A stretch of DNA of 64,000 nucleotides from the human T2T-CHM13v2.0 reference genome, Homo sapiens. How positions within the stretch are numbered: position 1 is the first letter of the stretch; the number at the start of each line of letters is the position of its first letter. A program made the position numbers and the translations under genes. The notes under the pieces were generated by a model that made no database searches, had not been told where the DNA came from, and saw only the letters and a list, made by a program, of their open reading frames with translations. The stretch is taken from NCBI RefSeq assembly GCF_009914755.1, contig NC_060925.1; one strand, given 5' to 3'. This document shows positions 1-14,396 of the stretch, in pieces.

Positions 1-391
1 TGTTAACATCAATTTTAAGCTTGCTTTTCTTTAGTGCCATTAAACAGTCACTCTCTACCCCCTCGTGATGCGTCCTTTCATAGATTTGCTGGCCCTAAAG
101 AATTTGATTGACTGGGCAGAGAGAGACCTGCTTGGATTTCTATTTGTTTGTTTTCTGATCTGAAGCCTTCCACAGATTTCCATCCTCAAGATTACCCTGG
201 ACATTAAAACCTTTCTTGGCTAAGCCTGTGCAAAACCCTTGCATCCCATTTCTCCTTGCATTAAAATTTTATGTGTCTGTTTCTCCAGCCTGTCAAAATT
301 TTAAAACCTTTTTCTTAATTCTTCAGAGATTACCTTATGTTATGCAAATTGTGATATCAGCAAATGAAACGTTCCCTGGTCTTTTATCTGA

Positions 392-732
<341 letters not shown>

Positions 733-2037
733 CTAAAAATTCCTATTATGCTTTAAAGTTACATCATGTTTATCTTTGCAGTTCCCCCATTCTTGCTACC
801 CCTACTTTCCACTGATATTTTCGCAGAGAATGCAGCTGATGAAGGGGACAGGGTGGGAGGGAGCATTCAAATGAGCATTTGGTTGCTAGGGAACCTAGTT
901 TACTCAGTAATTGTGACTTCCCAAAGTTGTTTAGAAATTACAGCAGAGCTGTTTGGAATCTCTGTCTATTCCTCTTTAGATTGGTGCTCCTCTAGCTTTG
1001 GAGATGACTGAAGTTCCTAAAGTTATTCAGTCTCTTTCCCTGGGAGCTGTTAGACTTGCTTTTTCCAGGGACTGAAGTGACAAAAAATTTATTCTAATCA
1101 AAATGAGGTCAGTGTAAGAGTGAAGTTGGTGAATCCCTATCTTATCTTCTGATCTGTAGGGATATGTGTGCCTCTCCAAGCCCCAGCAGGAGAGTTTTTA
1201 TAGTGATACTAAAACCCTCTTTATATCTTCCTTCTATTTTCATTATATTTGAGTGTCTACCAAGTTTCCTTTCGGTTGAAATGTCAAGAAAAATACTTTC
1301 TCTTAGTATTATCTCAAATGAGAATTTTATGATCCTCTGTGTGAAGATAAAATCTCTTACATGTGTTTTGATTTTTCACTTTTTTGGGGATAATTACATC
1401 TCAAATTAACCAAGTTAAAAATGAACTCAATAGAATAAAATAAACTCCTGTGATTAGCAAGGGAGTAAAATGAGTATATCTAGAAATGAAATGCATGTAA
1501 AATTCATCTTGGTTTTCTACTCCTATGTTAAATTATATAACAACAATGCTGGGGCTCTTCTTTGGATCTTAAATATTGTCAATCACAAAGGTGGGATTAG
1601 ACTGAGGGTGAGGGAGTAATACTCTTTTAAGAGAAGGAAAAAAAACATTGATATTAATGATAAGTGTTGTTTTTTGGAAAATGAAATTTGTATTAGAGTT
1701 TGTGGTAGGCTATTTATTAAGTGGCATAGAGGATCATAACTGGGAGGGGGAGGAATTAAGCTGGGTTAACACTGCTGGTCTTCTCTATGCAGCCTGAAGA
1801 CAACCTTGTAATTTACAGAAGTGCATTCAGAACATCTTTTCCTGATTGCTCCTTTAAAGGGCTATTCAGGAAGGACTGGAGCCTTACTATGTCTGTTACA
1901 TTGTGCTTTAATGGGCCAGCTGCATGTGTATCTAAGGGTAAGGGAAATTTATGGAGGCCATGGTCCAAATTTGAATGGGTTTGTCACAGTAAGTGTGTTT
2001 TTTCCTCCTTTCCACACTGCCTCCTACTCTGATTTTT

Positions 2038-2196
2038 CTTTTTATTTTTTGAGACAGGGTCTTGCCCTGTCACCCAGGCTGGAGTATAGTGGCATGATCA
2101 CAGCTCACAGCAGCCTCAACTTCTGGGCTCAAGTGATCCTCTTGCCTCGGCCTACCAAAATGATGGGATTACAGGTGTGAGCCACCATGCTAGGCC
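2038..2196 (-). mobile_element. Alu monomer (left-arm 5' end joined to right-arm 3' end; FAM/FRAM-like or internally deleted AluJ)
   Basis: About 150 bp of Alu with no middle A-rich linker; TSD ctgattttt at 2029-2037 and 2197-2205. Confidence 0.85.
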
Positions 2197-2205
2197 CTGA
2201 TTTTT

Positions 2206-2510
2206 TTTCTCTTTGTTTTTCTAGAGACCGAGTCTTGCTCTGTCATCCAAACTGGAATACAGTGGCTCAATCATAGTAGCTTACTGCAGCCTCAGGCTCC
2301 TGGGCTCAAGTGATCTTCCCACCTTGCTTTAGCCTCTCCAGTAGCTGGGACTATGGGTGCATATCACTAGGCTTGGCTAATTTAAAAAAAAATTTAGAGA
2401 CAGGGTCTCACTATGTTGCCTAGGCTGGTCTTGAACTCCTGGTCTCAAGCAATCTTCTCACTTTAGCATTCCAAGTTGCTGGGACTACAGGCATGAGCCA
2501 CCACACCCCA
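2206..2510 (-). mobile_element. AluJ SINE
   Basis: Dimeric antisense Alu with J diagnostics, adjacent to the preceding monomer. Confidence 0.9.
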
Positions 2511-4624
2511 TACCTCCCCCAACCCCAATTTTTCTGTGGAATTGAGTCTTTAATGTGGAACTAACTGTGGCTAAAACATTTTACATGTCTAAAATGGGAA
2601 AAAAATGAAATAGGTACCTAAATGGTATTTACCATAATTGAATGAATATGCAGCTACATTTGTCTGGTAACATGTAATGTGAAAAACTCAGAAAATCTCT
2701 CAGGTAAGATTTTCTTTTTAAGCTAAATGAGACTTTCCCCACGGGTCACATCCTGAGTTGTGCCGCATCCGCTTAGTGCAGCGTGTGCATCTGTTAAACA
2801 AATGAGTGCTCATGAGTCCAGAAATCCACAAACACCATTTCCCCCCAAAGCAAAGAAAATACATCACCTTGGATTATTTTGGTAGCTATAATAAATCTCT
2901 TACCTGCTTGCCTTTGAAGCATCATGACTTTTGTGGGGGAGTGGTGGGGGAAGAGGAAATAGAAGCATTTGAGGAAATATACTAGGTCTCTAGCAAATTA
3001 TTCATGGCTGTTTGGATGCCAGATGAACAATATATTTGAATACTATTTATCCTTTTACAAAATGAAGTGTAAAGAACCCTAAAATAAAAAGTTATATATC
3101 TTGGTTGCGCTGATAGTCATGATAAATAGGAAACAGTTTGAAAAGGTCCCATGGTCTGGTTTCTGCACAGCATGGCCATATAAACTTCATTGCAGATGGG
3201 CTAATGGATGCCAGGTGAGAAAGGAAGCCCTAACCTTCCACATCAGGGTTTTAGAAACCATCAGGTGGGCCACAGACAGTCTGAGTTCTCATTTTCACTT
3301 TTTATTAACCTGGCCTCTATTTTTGTTACCTAAGATGATCGACATAAGACAGAGCAGCTGGAGAATTAATAACTCAATAATACTGAGATTAGGCAGCTAA
3401 GAATGAGAAAAGTGTCCTAAATAGAAATTGCAGCAATTCAGTATTTCCTCGCTGAGTAGGTAGATGACTCAATACACTTGGTAAAACATTAAAATTGCTC
3501 TATTAAGACTGGAATGTTGTGTTAATATTGTTACATCACAGTGGGGAATGGTTTATTTTTGTTGAGGGTGGTTTATTTGCAAATCAAACATAAAGCCTGA
3601 AAGGAAACATTACTTTTCATTAAATAGACGGCCAGCCGAATGAACAGAGAAGGTGAGTGAATTTATTCTGCTGCAGCAGCCCAGGGCTTGGAGGGTTTGT
3701 GCTTGTAGGAAAATTCTGCCCCCAAAGAGACTTTCATATTCCATCCCATCAGTGAGAAATCACTGTTCTACTGGGCTTTTCATTGCCTTGCTTTTTTTTC
3801 CCATTATTTTGAATCCAGATCAACAAAGGTTATTATTTGGGTCATTTGTTAGGGCCTGGAGCTTTGTTTGCTAAATTGAGCTATAAGTTAAACTGTTTAC
3901 CATCAAGGAGGGATTTTTATCTGTGTTGAGTCTTTGTGAGGAGAGAGGAATCTCTGATAAGCTGCTAACTAGATAGAAAGTGAAGGCAATTCCCCTGAAG
4001 GCTTTACACCCCTTGGGGATAGTCTGACCTTTGAAGAGGCAGTTGTGAGGCCGATCAGGTTTCACCGCCTTTTCTCCAGCATCCCAATCTGATGAAGTCT
4101 CATGCATAATAAAAATGGCACATTAGGGTCCTTTTATTTAATTCTCACAATGCTTCCCCCAGAACATTTTAGAACAAAGTCTGTGCCTTAATCACATGGC
4201 CATTCTCACAGTGACCTAATGGGTTTGGATGTCAGCATTGGTCCTAGAAGAAACTACTGAGTTATTTCAGCTGAGAAGGTGAAATACGGGTAGTTTCCAA
4301 CACTTCCGTTTCCTATTCAGCACTTTTTTGTTCTTTCTTTCTCAGTTTTCAAAGAAAGCTTCCTTTGGCATGTTTTCTAGTGCTGGGATGACCTGGGCCA
4401 GCAGTTGCCTAGACTAGGGTGGGATCTTACTGTAGTTTCTTCTGGTCTAGATGAGTCACAGCTGAGAGGCCCAGAAAATCTGCTGTTTGTATTTGTCAGT
4501 GAGCAGGTCCTTCTTATGTTGGCATTGACTTTAATATTTGCTTTTTGTAGAAAGAAATAACCTTACAATATTGGGGAGGAAGTGAAATGAGGTACTAATG
4601 GAAGGTTTGTGGGGTGAGGAATGT

Positions 4625-4646
4625 GGGCTGCGGGTAGGGGGATGGG
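4625..4646 (+). other. Canonical G-quadruplex motif
   Basis: GGG-CTGC-GGG-TA-GGGGG-AT-GGG, with an extra GGGG at 4611-4614. Confidence 0.7.
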
Positions 4647-5847
4647 AAGATTGCAGAAAATGACCCACAGGTGGATTTTTAGTACAGGTCCTCTTTCTAG
4701 TCCTACTGGAATGAAGGGATTCGTAATGGATCTTGGAAAATTAAAACAGAAAGAATAAGAAAGAAGGTGATCTTGACCAAAATAATATAACCATCTTGGT
4801 TATGACAACTAGCTCCTTATAGAACACCAACGAACTTACAGAGTGAGGTCTTTGGTCTACATGTCCTGCCTCATTTGTAGCTCATCTGCTACCCAGCACA
4901 CCACCTGATTCAGGGTGGGCCTGGACAAATACGCACCAAATAGAATTAAATGTTATCATGACTCCAGGGGCTCTGGGTATTGACTGTTTAATTCCCTTCT
5001 CTGTGAATTACTGAGTAGTATTTTACTGTTCTAGACTATGCCTTCAGTTGGCTTTGCTCTTATTTATGCCCTTCTCTAGCAGCACTGCAGAGTAGCTCCC
5101 AACAGAAGAGAATCAAAACATTTATGTAAATTCGTATAATGGCAGGCAAAGACAGCAGAATAGGGATTCATGTATGAAAAATTGGCAGACTTATGAGAAA
5201 TAAAAGTGATATATTAGACATGCTCTGTGGAGAAGAAAGTCCAGTAGGAAATGTATTTTTTTATTATGAATTGAAATAAAGTGTCTGATCTTAAATTTTA
5301 AAATATAGCTAGTAAATATACTGTAAGGTTCTTCTTATTTAAGAACTTATTGTTCTGGCCAAAGAAAAAAAGAACTATATTAGATAAAAGATCTGTGAAT
5401 AGCTTGTGCATCTAGGAATAATAGCTTTGGAAGCAATGTCCTGATAATTATATCTGTGTCTGGGTAGGTGAAGATGTTTCAAGAAGTTTGAATTTATCTT
5501 GACAGGATTATGCTGAGATAAAGGATGATTTTTCAGGTGGATATCTTTGATTTTATACTTTTGTCCTAACTTTTGAAGACGTTGAATGATTTTCACCAAA
5601 TTCACAATAGCGCAATGAACATTTTAGATTCAGTCTCGATTTAGTGTGCAAAACGAGAGTCAATTTGTTTCCAGGTGGACATATTTCTGTAAATTGAAAC
5701 AAATTACAGTGAATTTTTATGTGGATGAAGGTTGCTAATGGCATATGATGGTATTAAATAAGAGGTTATAGTCACTTTTCAGATTTTCTTCTAATACATA
5801 TATTCTTTGGATTAATTTTATTCAACATAGTGAAAGATTAATTTGCC

Positions 5848-5848
5848 A

Positions 5849-5901
<53 letters not shown>
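5848..5901. repeat. (TA)n microsatellite at an Alu tail
   Basis: About 26 TA units with one interruption, abutting the poly-T of the next Alu. Confidence 0.97.
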
Positions 5902-6190
<289 letters not shown>

Positions 6191-6544
6191 TCGAAAATAT
6201 TTTCTCCCCCTAAATCTCTGCATCAACTAGAGTTGCTTCTCTCAGGAAATTCTAAAATCCTGCAGAGATAATGTAAATGAAATAGTTCCGATTTGGAGAA
6301 AATGCCTTACTGCTAATTTTTTTGTTTAAACAGGAACATATGTGGTTTACGGGAAAGTTTGTGATCAGATGTAAGAGTCTGTGAGGTCCCATCTAGTTTT
6401 CAGGTTTTGGCTTTTCAGCAGGCTTGAAAAACCTACTGGCTTCTCTAGGTTCTAGAGGGCTCTTCTGCAAGCCCATTGGGGGACATTATTCCCTTATTAA
6501 TGATTGCAAAATAATTAAGAATATTTATTTGTTCTTTGTAGTAG

Positions 6545-6960
<416 letters not shown>

Positions 6961-7851
6961 GGTTATGGGTATTTCTTAAGAAGCCATATATAAGAGCTTC
7001 TATATGTTCTGTCATAAACTTGAATTTGTCTTCAGTCCACCAAGTTTGTCTCAGAGGAATCTGGACCCAGATGTGAGATACAAAACTTATTTGATGCTCT
7101 CCTGGTGCTAATATGGTTGGACTACCTAAAATTATGCAGAGATGATTGTATATTTAGACATTATTTGATATGGCTGTTTATTGCCTAATAAAATCTTGAA
7201 GAGAAACTGGGATGAAAAGGCTTTACAATCTACCTCTGTCTCCCTTTATTGCAGAAGTCCGGACAGCTTTTCAATGTGATGGATTCTGTGGCAAGGATTA
7301 CATCATTGGGGGGTTTTATATTTCTATAATTTTAGATTAGTTATTTTAGTTCCCTTACCCCCATTTTTAAATATTCCTGTCAGCTAAAACAAGGATTTTC
7401 TTAGGAAATGATGAAGCCAGGTTTAATTTCTACTTAGTGAGAAGACTGCATTACCACCCCACTGTTAAGGTGCAGGTATTGTCAGTAGGGCAAGGATGGG
7501 TTTTCTTTTGTAAGGAATGCATTTGAAGGGATAGATTACAGACTCAGGGTAATGTGAACCTGTTTCCATGCTTGGGAATGTCCTCCCAGGTGATGGACAT
7601 CCCTTAGGGGAAGCCTCAGGTAGGATAAGCAAAGCCTAGGTTCTTATTTGCTTGTTTCTTAAAGAAACACAATAATAAAGACAAAAATGGTGTATGGATC
7701 AAACAGATGAAACCAGAAGAGTGTTAATATCCAGAAATGTATTCTCTAAGGCTCTGCCTAATTATATTAAAAGTAATTTGCAAATCTGGCCCTGAGTTTT
7801 CTGTAACCATATGAAAACAAGAAACACTATCAGTCACAAGATTCTGTTATA

Positions 7852-8060
7852 GCCTGGGCAACATAGTGAGACCCCATCTCTGCAAAAAAGAAAAAAAATA
7901 GTTGGGCATGGTGGCACACACCTGTCATCCTAGCTGTTGGGGAGACTGAGGCCAGAGGTTTGCTTGAGCCCAGGAGTTCAAGGTTGCAGTGAGCTATGAT
8001 TGTGCCACCACACTCCAGCCTGGGCCACAGAGCGAGACCCTGCCTCAAAAACAAAAACAA
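7852..8060 (+). mobile_element. 5'-truncated AluJ
   Basis: Starts at the end of the left arm; (A5C)n-type tail; TSD aagattctgttata (7838-7851) / aaaattcagttata (8061-8074). Confidence 0.92.
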
Positions 8061-9382
8061 AAAATTCAGTTATAAGAAAAGAAAAATATATATCATTGCT
8101 TTGGACAAGTGCAGCAGTTCCTACAACTGAGAGAGAAATTTCTCCTTGTGAAGGGACATTGAGAGTTGACAATTTATCTTTGCTTGGGAAAACCGAGATA
8201 TCTTCCTTAGCCTTTCTAGAAATAATTCTGTTTTGATGACTGCAAGCATGGAGCATTGTGAGACACCACGTTTTACACATCTGGAGGAATTAACTCTCAG
8301 GATATACTCATCCCAAGATTCCTAAGAGCAAGTAAAGGAAACCTAATCTCTGTTATTCTTCCTGATATCTCTTTGGTGGACACCTGTTGCTGTGGTAATC
8401 CTGCAGTGTCCACCATGAAGTTTCTTCATTTCTTCAAGGGAAGGAGTGACTGGGACTTCATGGATGCTGAGATGTTATATGTATATACATGTGTGACAAA
8501 ATATATGTGGGAGAAATTCTTAAAATGCTAATATTTGTCATCAAACCTAGAGGTGAAGCTCATCCTCACATCCCCGTAAAAATTATACAGAATATTTGCA
8601 GTCAGTTCTAGAATTTATTTGAACAAAATCTCATAGTATTAAGGATGACCAAAATAAGGGAGTGAAGCGTAGATGTCATGTATTAACATATTGATGGTAG
8701 AGTTGAATTTTTTTAGGTTCATTAATGTGTTTGAAATCTGTAAAATATTTCTTTCTTGTTTTGACCAGCTATAGAGGTTGGCAGTAAGTCTCTGAAGTAG
8801 CTCTGGTCAGACCTGACTGCACCAGAAAACTATGTTTCTGAAAAACGCCCAGGAACCCGAGGCATTGAGTCTGTAGATACAGCGGCTGGCTGTCTCACTG
8901 TGGGGACTCTTGGAGCGGGATATAGGAAATGAAGTGACAAGACTGTCAGCTTTGCCGTTACTCCTGGAGCCTTGTGAAGAAGTGTCTCTACCATGAAAAT
9001 ACGGTCCCTGTGTGGTGGGGTTATCTTCAGGCCTCTTTTCCCATTTATAGTTTGCTGGGAAGTCAAAAGGAAAAGGAGGAAGGAGATTCTCAAAATCAGA
9101 GAGGAGGAGCAAGGAAAGGTCACTCTGCCTTAAATTTGCCAGTTTTCCTGAAAATAATTTTTCTTTGTATACATATTGCAGTTGCTTCCTCCTTCATCTC
9201 AGGTAAACCTATTGACCATTGTGCCTTCTTGTGTGATTTACAATAACATAATATTTATGTATACACAGAGAGCTTTTGCAATAGAAGGTGTGCCTTGAGA
9301 ACTGCAGAGTGCGTCTTCCCTGAACCTAACACCGGACCAGAGTTAAGAGTTGCTCAATAAATGCATGTTGAATTAATTTCAC

Positions 9383-9666
9383 TTTTTCTTTTTCTAGAGG
9401 ATCTCTATTGCTCAGGCTGGAGTGGTGGGGTACAACCATGGCTCACCGTGGCCTCGACTCCCAGGCTCAAGCGATCCTCCCTCTTCAGCCTCCCAAGTAG
9501 CTGGGACCACAGGCATGCCAACATGCCTGGCTAATTTTTTAATTTTTTGTTGAGACAAAGTCTTGCTATGTTGCCCGGGCTGGTCTTGAACTCCTGGGCT
9601 CAAGCATTTCTCCTGCCTCGGCGTTTCAAAGTGTGAGATGATAGGTGTAAGTCACTATGCTCGGCC
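9383..9666 (-). mobile_element. AluJ SINE
   Basis: Antisense dimeric Alu, 'ggctcaagcgatcctccc', ends '...ctcggcc'. Confidence 0.92.
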
Positions 9667-10582
9667 GGATTTGATTTTAGACCCTGGGGAACCCATCTTT
9701 GGACTGTTTCTCAAAGAGAGGGCAGATATTATTCAGCAGAATCCTCATTGAGCATTGGTCTTACTGTGAGAATTACTGTGTTTGTGTACACCAAAGCTTG
9801 ACTATGTAAACCTGAACTAAGTGTAAGAGCCCTTCTGGTAGGAAAAAAAAAAAATGACACTGTATTAGAAAGACAAAATCAGACAGCCTAACCAAACTAT
9901 GTTTTTGTCAATAAATGTTCAAATTCCATGGTCTATTTTTATTTTCTTACATAGCTTTATTTAAAATCCTAGATTGACTTGTTTTTTGTTGATACTGTTC
10001 CTTTGTTAAAATCTTGGAAAACCATTTGTTGAGTTTTATGACTTAGGAGCTAAAACTGATGGGTCTCATGACCAGTTTATTGGTTCTTTTGGCCACCTTT
10101 AGGTCAATTATGTAATGTTTTCTTCTTACTTTTGTGTGGGGGGAAAGCAAGCCACCTTTGCTTTCATGATTTTGTTTTTCAACGTTTGAGATTGTTAGAG
10201 GTACGTGTGATGAAGGTCAATACTTAATAAACAGTGCATTGGTTGTTGGATTGGCCACATGTGTAGTTTTGGGCTGCTATCTTCTTGGAACTTTCATTTT
10301 AAAAATGATGAGACATACCTTCCTTTGGTTCCTCCTGACCCTCACTCAACATGACATTGTTCCAGGCACTGGAGCGTGGCCGTTGAGTAAAGTTGTGGGG
10401 TGTTGCATTGGAGATGGGCATAGGTAGCCCAAGTTTATGTGTTTAAAGAACACTAACCAGGAAGCCAGGAGGCAAGGACCTCTCCTGTTGGCTTTACTAC
10501 TAATTAGGAATGTGACAGTAAAAAATCACTTAGCCTCTTTGGACCTTCTTCTTTTGACTCCTTACTCGGTAAGTGTCTAGAC

Positions 10583-10761
10583 TAGTTTTCAAACTTAAGT
10601 GCACATCAGAATCATCTAGGAAGATAATTGAAGCAACAGTTCCTGGGTTTTACTAACAGATAATCTGTTCAGTAGGTCTGGGATGGAGCCCTGAAATTTG
10701 CTTATTTTGCGTGTTCTGTTCTGATGGAGGTGGTCTGTGAGCCACATTGCCAAAAACACAT
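10583..10761. mobile_element. MER5A-like hAT-Charlie MITE
   Basis: 'ttttcaaactt..gtgcacatcagaatcatct' and 'tcagtaggtctgggatggagccc' match MER5 hallmarks. Confidence 0.75.
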
Positions 10762-13459
10762 GGCGTAGGTCAGTGCTTTCCAAACTGTGGGAGGTGACCT
10801 ATTAATGAGTCATTAAATCAATTTAGTAGATTTTGAAAAGCATTAAAAAAATGAAACAGAAGAGAAAGGAAATTATTGGAAGCATCATGGAGTGAAGCTC
10901 AATGAAGTTAGAAAGCCACCTCCTATATTTTTAGGTATTAGTTACAGCAACACCTTATTTCCAAGTCTGTACCTTCAAAAGTCTATTAGGCCTACTTATG
11001 GCAAATTGACTTGAATGTGCAAATCGAAGATTTTGGATTCATCCTTCTCCTGCAGCACTGATTACCTGTTTTACAGGTTTTAATATTGACAATGTCCCCT
11101 GAACTGCCACAGGATAGAAGTGTTGATCCCATCATTGCAAAAGAAACTTTTTCTTAGAATTAGAACATAGAGTAGGAAGATCCTTTCTACATCTTCTCAG
11201 GAATATAATCGGGAACCTTATTCCCTTCCACTTAGTGAAAACAATTTGGATAACATGTAAGAACAGTCCTAGGCAAAAAGGATTGCCAGAGATGAACCAA
11301 ACCACATCTTCATAGGAACAAAATCATCTTCCTAAAGAGATGATTTATTGAAAGGCTATCTAGATGGTCACCCCTGGCAAACTGAATATCTCTTTCTTCA
11401 CTAGTATTTGCTCCATAAATGTTTTTTTTGGATGAGTGCTTTCTAAAGCTATTTTATTCTAAGATTTTAAATAAGACTTTTACTCATTCAGTAATTTGTT
11501 CCTTGAAGGAATCATGTATTTTAAGATTTTGTTTCCATTGCAGTGGATGATTTTAACCTATAAGAATTACAATGGGAAAAAATAAAATTTTATGAAAATT
11601 AATCAAAATGTTAGAAGGCAGTTGACAGAAATCATTAATTTAATTTAATTTAATTTATTATATATGTGCCTATGTGTGTCTAAGTGGGAAATGCTGTCTT
11701 CCAAGTAGCTTTGGTGATTTTTTATACTAATCCCAAATAATTTGTCATTGCTTAAAATTAAAAAAAAGCAAAAATGTCCAGCACAAATCACTTTTGGAAC
11801 TCTTGAATTTCCCTTCAAAGTCAGGTAATGATCCTCATGAGAAAACTGGTTTCATTGCTTAAGGGCTACACCTCATTTTTATGAAAAGCAGTATTACTCA
11901 GCATGATCACCTACCTTATTTGGCAGGGTTGTCTCTGAATGCCTGTTGTTGCTTCCCAGAATGAAATATATCTTCAAAGAATGATAATCATCCCTGACCT
12001 ATTGGAATGGGACACAGACTTCGGAGGCAGCTCAGAAGGAAGTGTTTCAAACATAATGGAGCAATGTTTTTCATCGTGTTACTGGAAGAAATGCTAGTTT
12101 CTAAAGATGACCACTCTTAGACATAAAATTCCTGACACATTTGTTTTAAAACAAAAATTGGTCACACTTACTTGACGATTTTGATGGAAAAGTTGCCAAT
12201 GAAGGGTCTGAGAAACAGGAGATTGGAATTAGGCCAGTTTAGTGACAAGGACCTGAATGGGTATTGCCTATGATTCCTTCAAGGAAGGAATGATTGAATG
12301 AATGAAAATCTCTTGTGGGGTGTGTGTGTGTAAATTCCAGGTGATTTATACTCTCCTGTTTTTGGCTCAGTCGAAAGAGCAGTGCTTGACACTAAGAGGG
12401 AAGGGTGACTGTAGGCAAGGCAGGACATGCTGCAGACTCAGAGGATTACTGTCAGAGCCCTTTTCAGTGAAAAGAAAAGCTGCATAAAAAGAAAATGGCC
12501 TTTGCTAGCATAAGGAAAAACGGTCAAAATTTAGAGCTGCTTCCATAGCGACAATGCTATTTTTTAAGTACAGTTAGATCTGAAATACACCCCTCCCCCA
12601 AAGACATCCATGTGTCAAGATAGCTCTCAGAGTAGCTACGGAATGCTTGTGAAGGCTTTTAATTTAACCCAGCTTGTTTATTTTACACTACAATAAAGTA
12701 AAAATATCTGCAAATTATAGACCTCAAAAATTTAGACTTTAGGTTTGGTATCTTATTTAACACAGTTTAAGCAGGGATTTAAAATTTGAGGTTTTTAGCA
12801 CTTATCACAAAAGGAATTCTTGGTGTTTGTGTGTAATCTAACTTTGCATCTTTAAACTCAAAATATAGAACGAACAAGTAAAAGAAAAACTTCAGTTATT
12901 CACATGATACCTTGCAGTAGAAGATATTTCATCTGAATCAGGCAGTTTCAAACATCAGAATGCCAGATTCTTCTTCTCCCGCTTTCTCTAGTCACTGAGC
13001 TTGCCACCTCCCATCTTGGAATGGTGAAAGCAAATGTTTTCTTATGCTGTATCTGGTGGAGAAACCACTGTGGGAGTTTGTATAGAAGACATAATCAATG
13101 TGTTGGGATAAGGCCAGGTCTGACAGGGGATGGGGTATCGCTGCATGAATGTGTGGGGGCAGCAGAACTCTTTGCTGACCTCCCTCTCCTTTCAATGTCT
13201 TTGGTTCAGGAGTTGGTTAAGGTGGTGATGGTAGCCTCTGAGTGGGCATTCCCACCCTTGCCTAACCACACAGTCCCTATTCTTAGCCAAATAAGTGAGT
13301 GACTGGTTTGGAGTATTTCCCCTTTCCTGAAGAGAAGCTGACCCTTCTGGAAACTTTTGCTCATAGATCCTGTCTCCTTTGTGGCCTGTCATCAACTAAA
13401 ACTTTGGTCCACCACTGTGCTGAATCAGAGGAAAGAACCTCCAATAGAGTTATCATAAC

Positions 13460-13751
13460 TTCTCTTTATTTTTTGGAGATAGGGTCTTACTCTGTCTCCC
13501 AGGGCTGGAATGCAGTGGCGCCATCATGGCTCACTGCAGCCTTGCCTCCTGGGCTCAGGTGATCTTCCCACCTCAGCCTCCCAAATAGCTGGCATGTGCC
13601 ACCATGCCTGGCTAATTTTTTTGTATGTTTTTTGTAGAGATAGGGTTTCACCATGTTGCCCAGTCTGGTCTTGAACTCCTGGGCTGAAGCAATCTACCTG
13701 CCTTGGCCTCTCAAAGTGCTGTGATTACAGGCTTGAACCACTGTGCCCGGC
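13460..13751 (-). mobile_element. AluJ SINE
   Basis: Antisense dimeric Alu with J diagnostics; ataactt-containing direct repeat in the flanks. Confidence 0.92.
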
Positions 13752-14396
13752 GAAGTTATAACTTTTCTTCTGCGCTCTGGGAACTGCTGGACTTAGCTGT
13801 CTGACTTGACTTAGGTTTTGCTCTGTTGGGCTTGTGAAATGGCTCTCACACTACTCCTCAGAACTTGTTTGTGATCAAGAAATACTTGAATTTACAGAAT
13901 GCCTTTCTTTTGTGGATTCATTAATTTTGACACAGATTTTTCTCATTTAATGTCAATATCCTCAGGCACTACAGAAGGCTTGGTGGCAGCACCAGTTTGT
14001 TGAGGCTTAGTGAAGAGGTCTGAGGCTCTCCTGGTCATGTAGCAGGTCTTCAGGGAGACTGATGTTGAATTTAGTAGCTCATGCCAGTTCCTGTTTCACA
14101 TTCTACTACTGTTGGTTTGGCTATCACAATGTCAGAATGATTTTGTAAGAATGACCATATGTTTTGTTATAAAAGTACAGCTTCTTTTTTGTGTGTGTAT
14201 ATGTGTCTGTGTGTTCTTGGGCCATGTTTTCTTTACATGAGTAAACTGCACTCTAGAGGCTTTCCATAATATGTCCAAGGGGTCTTTCTGTTGTTTGGTG
14301 CTGTTGAAGAGGTGAATTAGTTTTATAATGAGGGAGGTAGAATGGGATGTCAAACAGCCCCGGATCTACAGAAAGCCCAGCACAGGCAGTCACGGT

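Noticed and set aside
7230-7330. Acceptor-like ccctttattgcAG at 7254
   Set aside because: No convincing downstream GT donor and no recognisable peptide.
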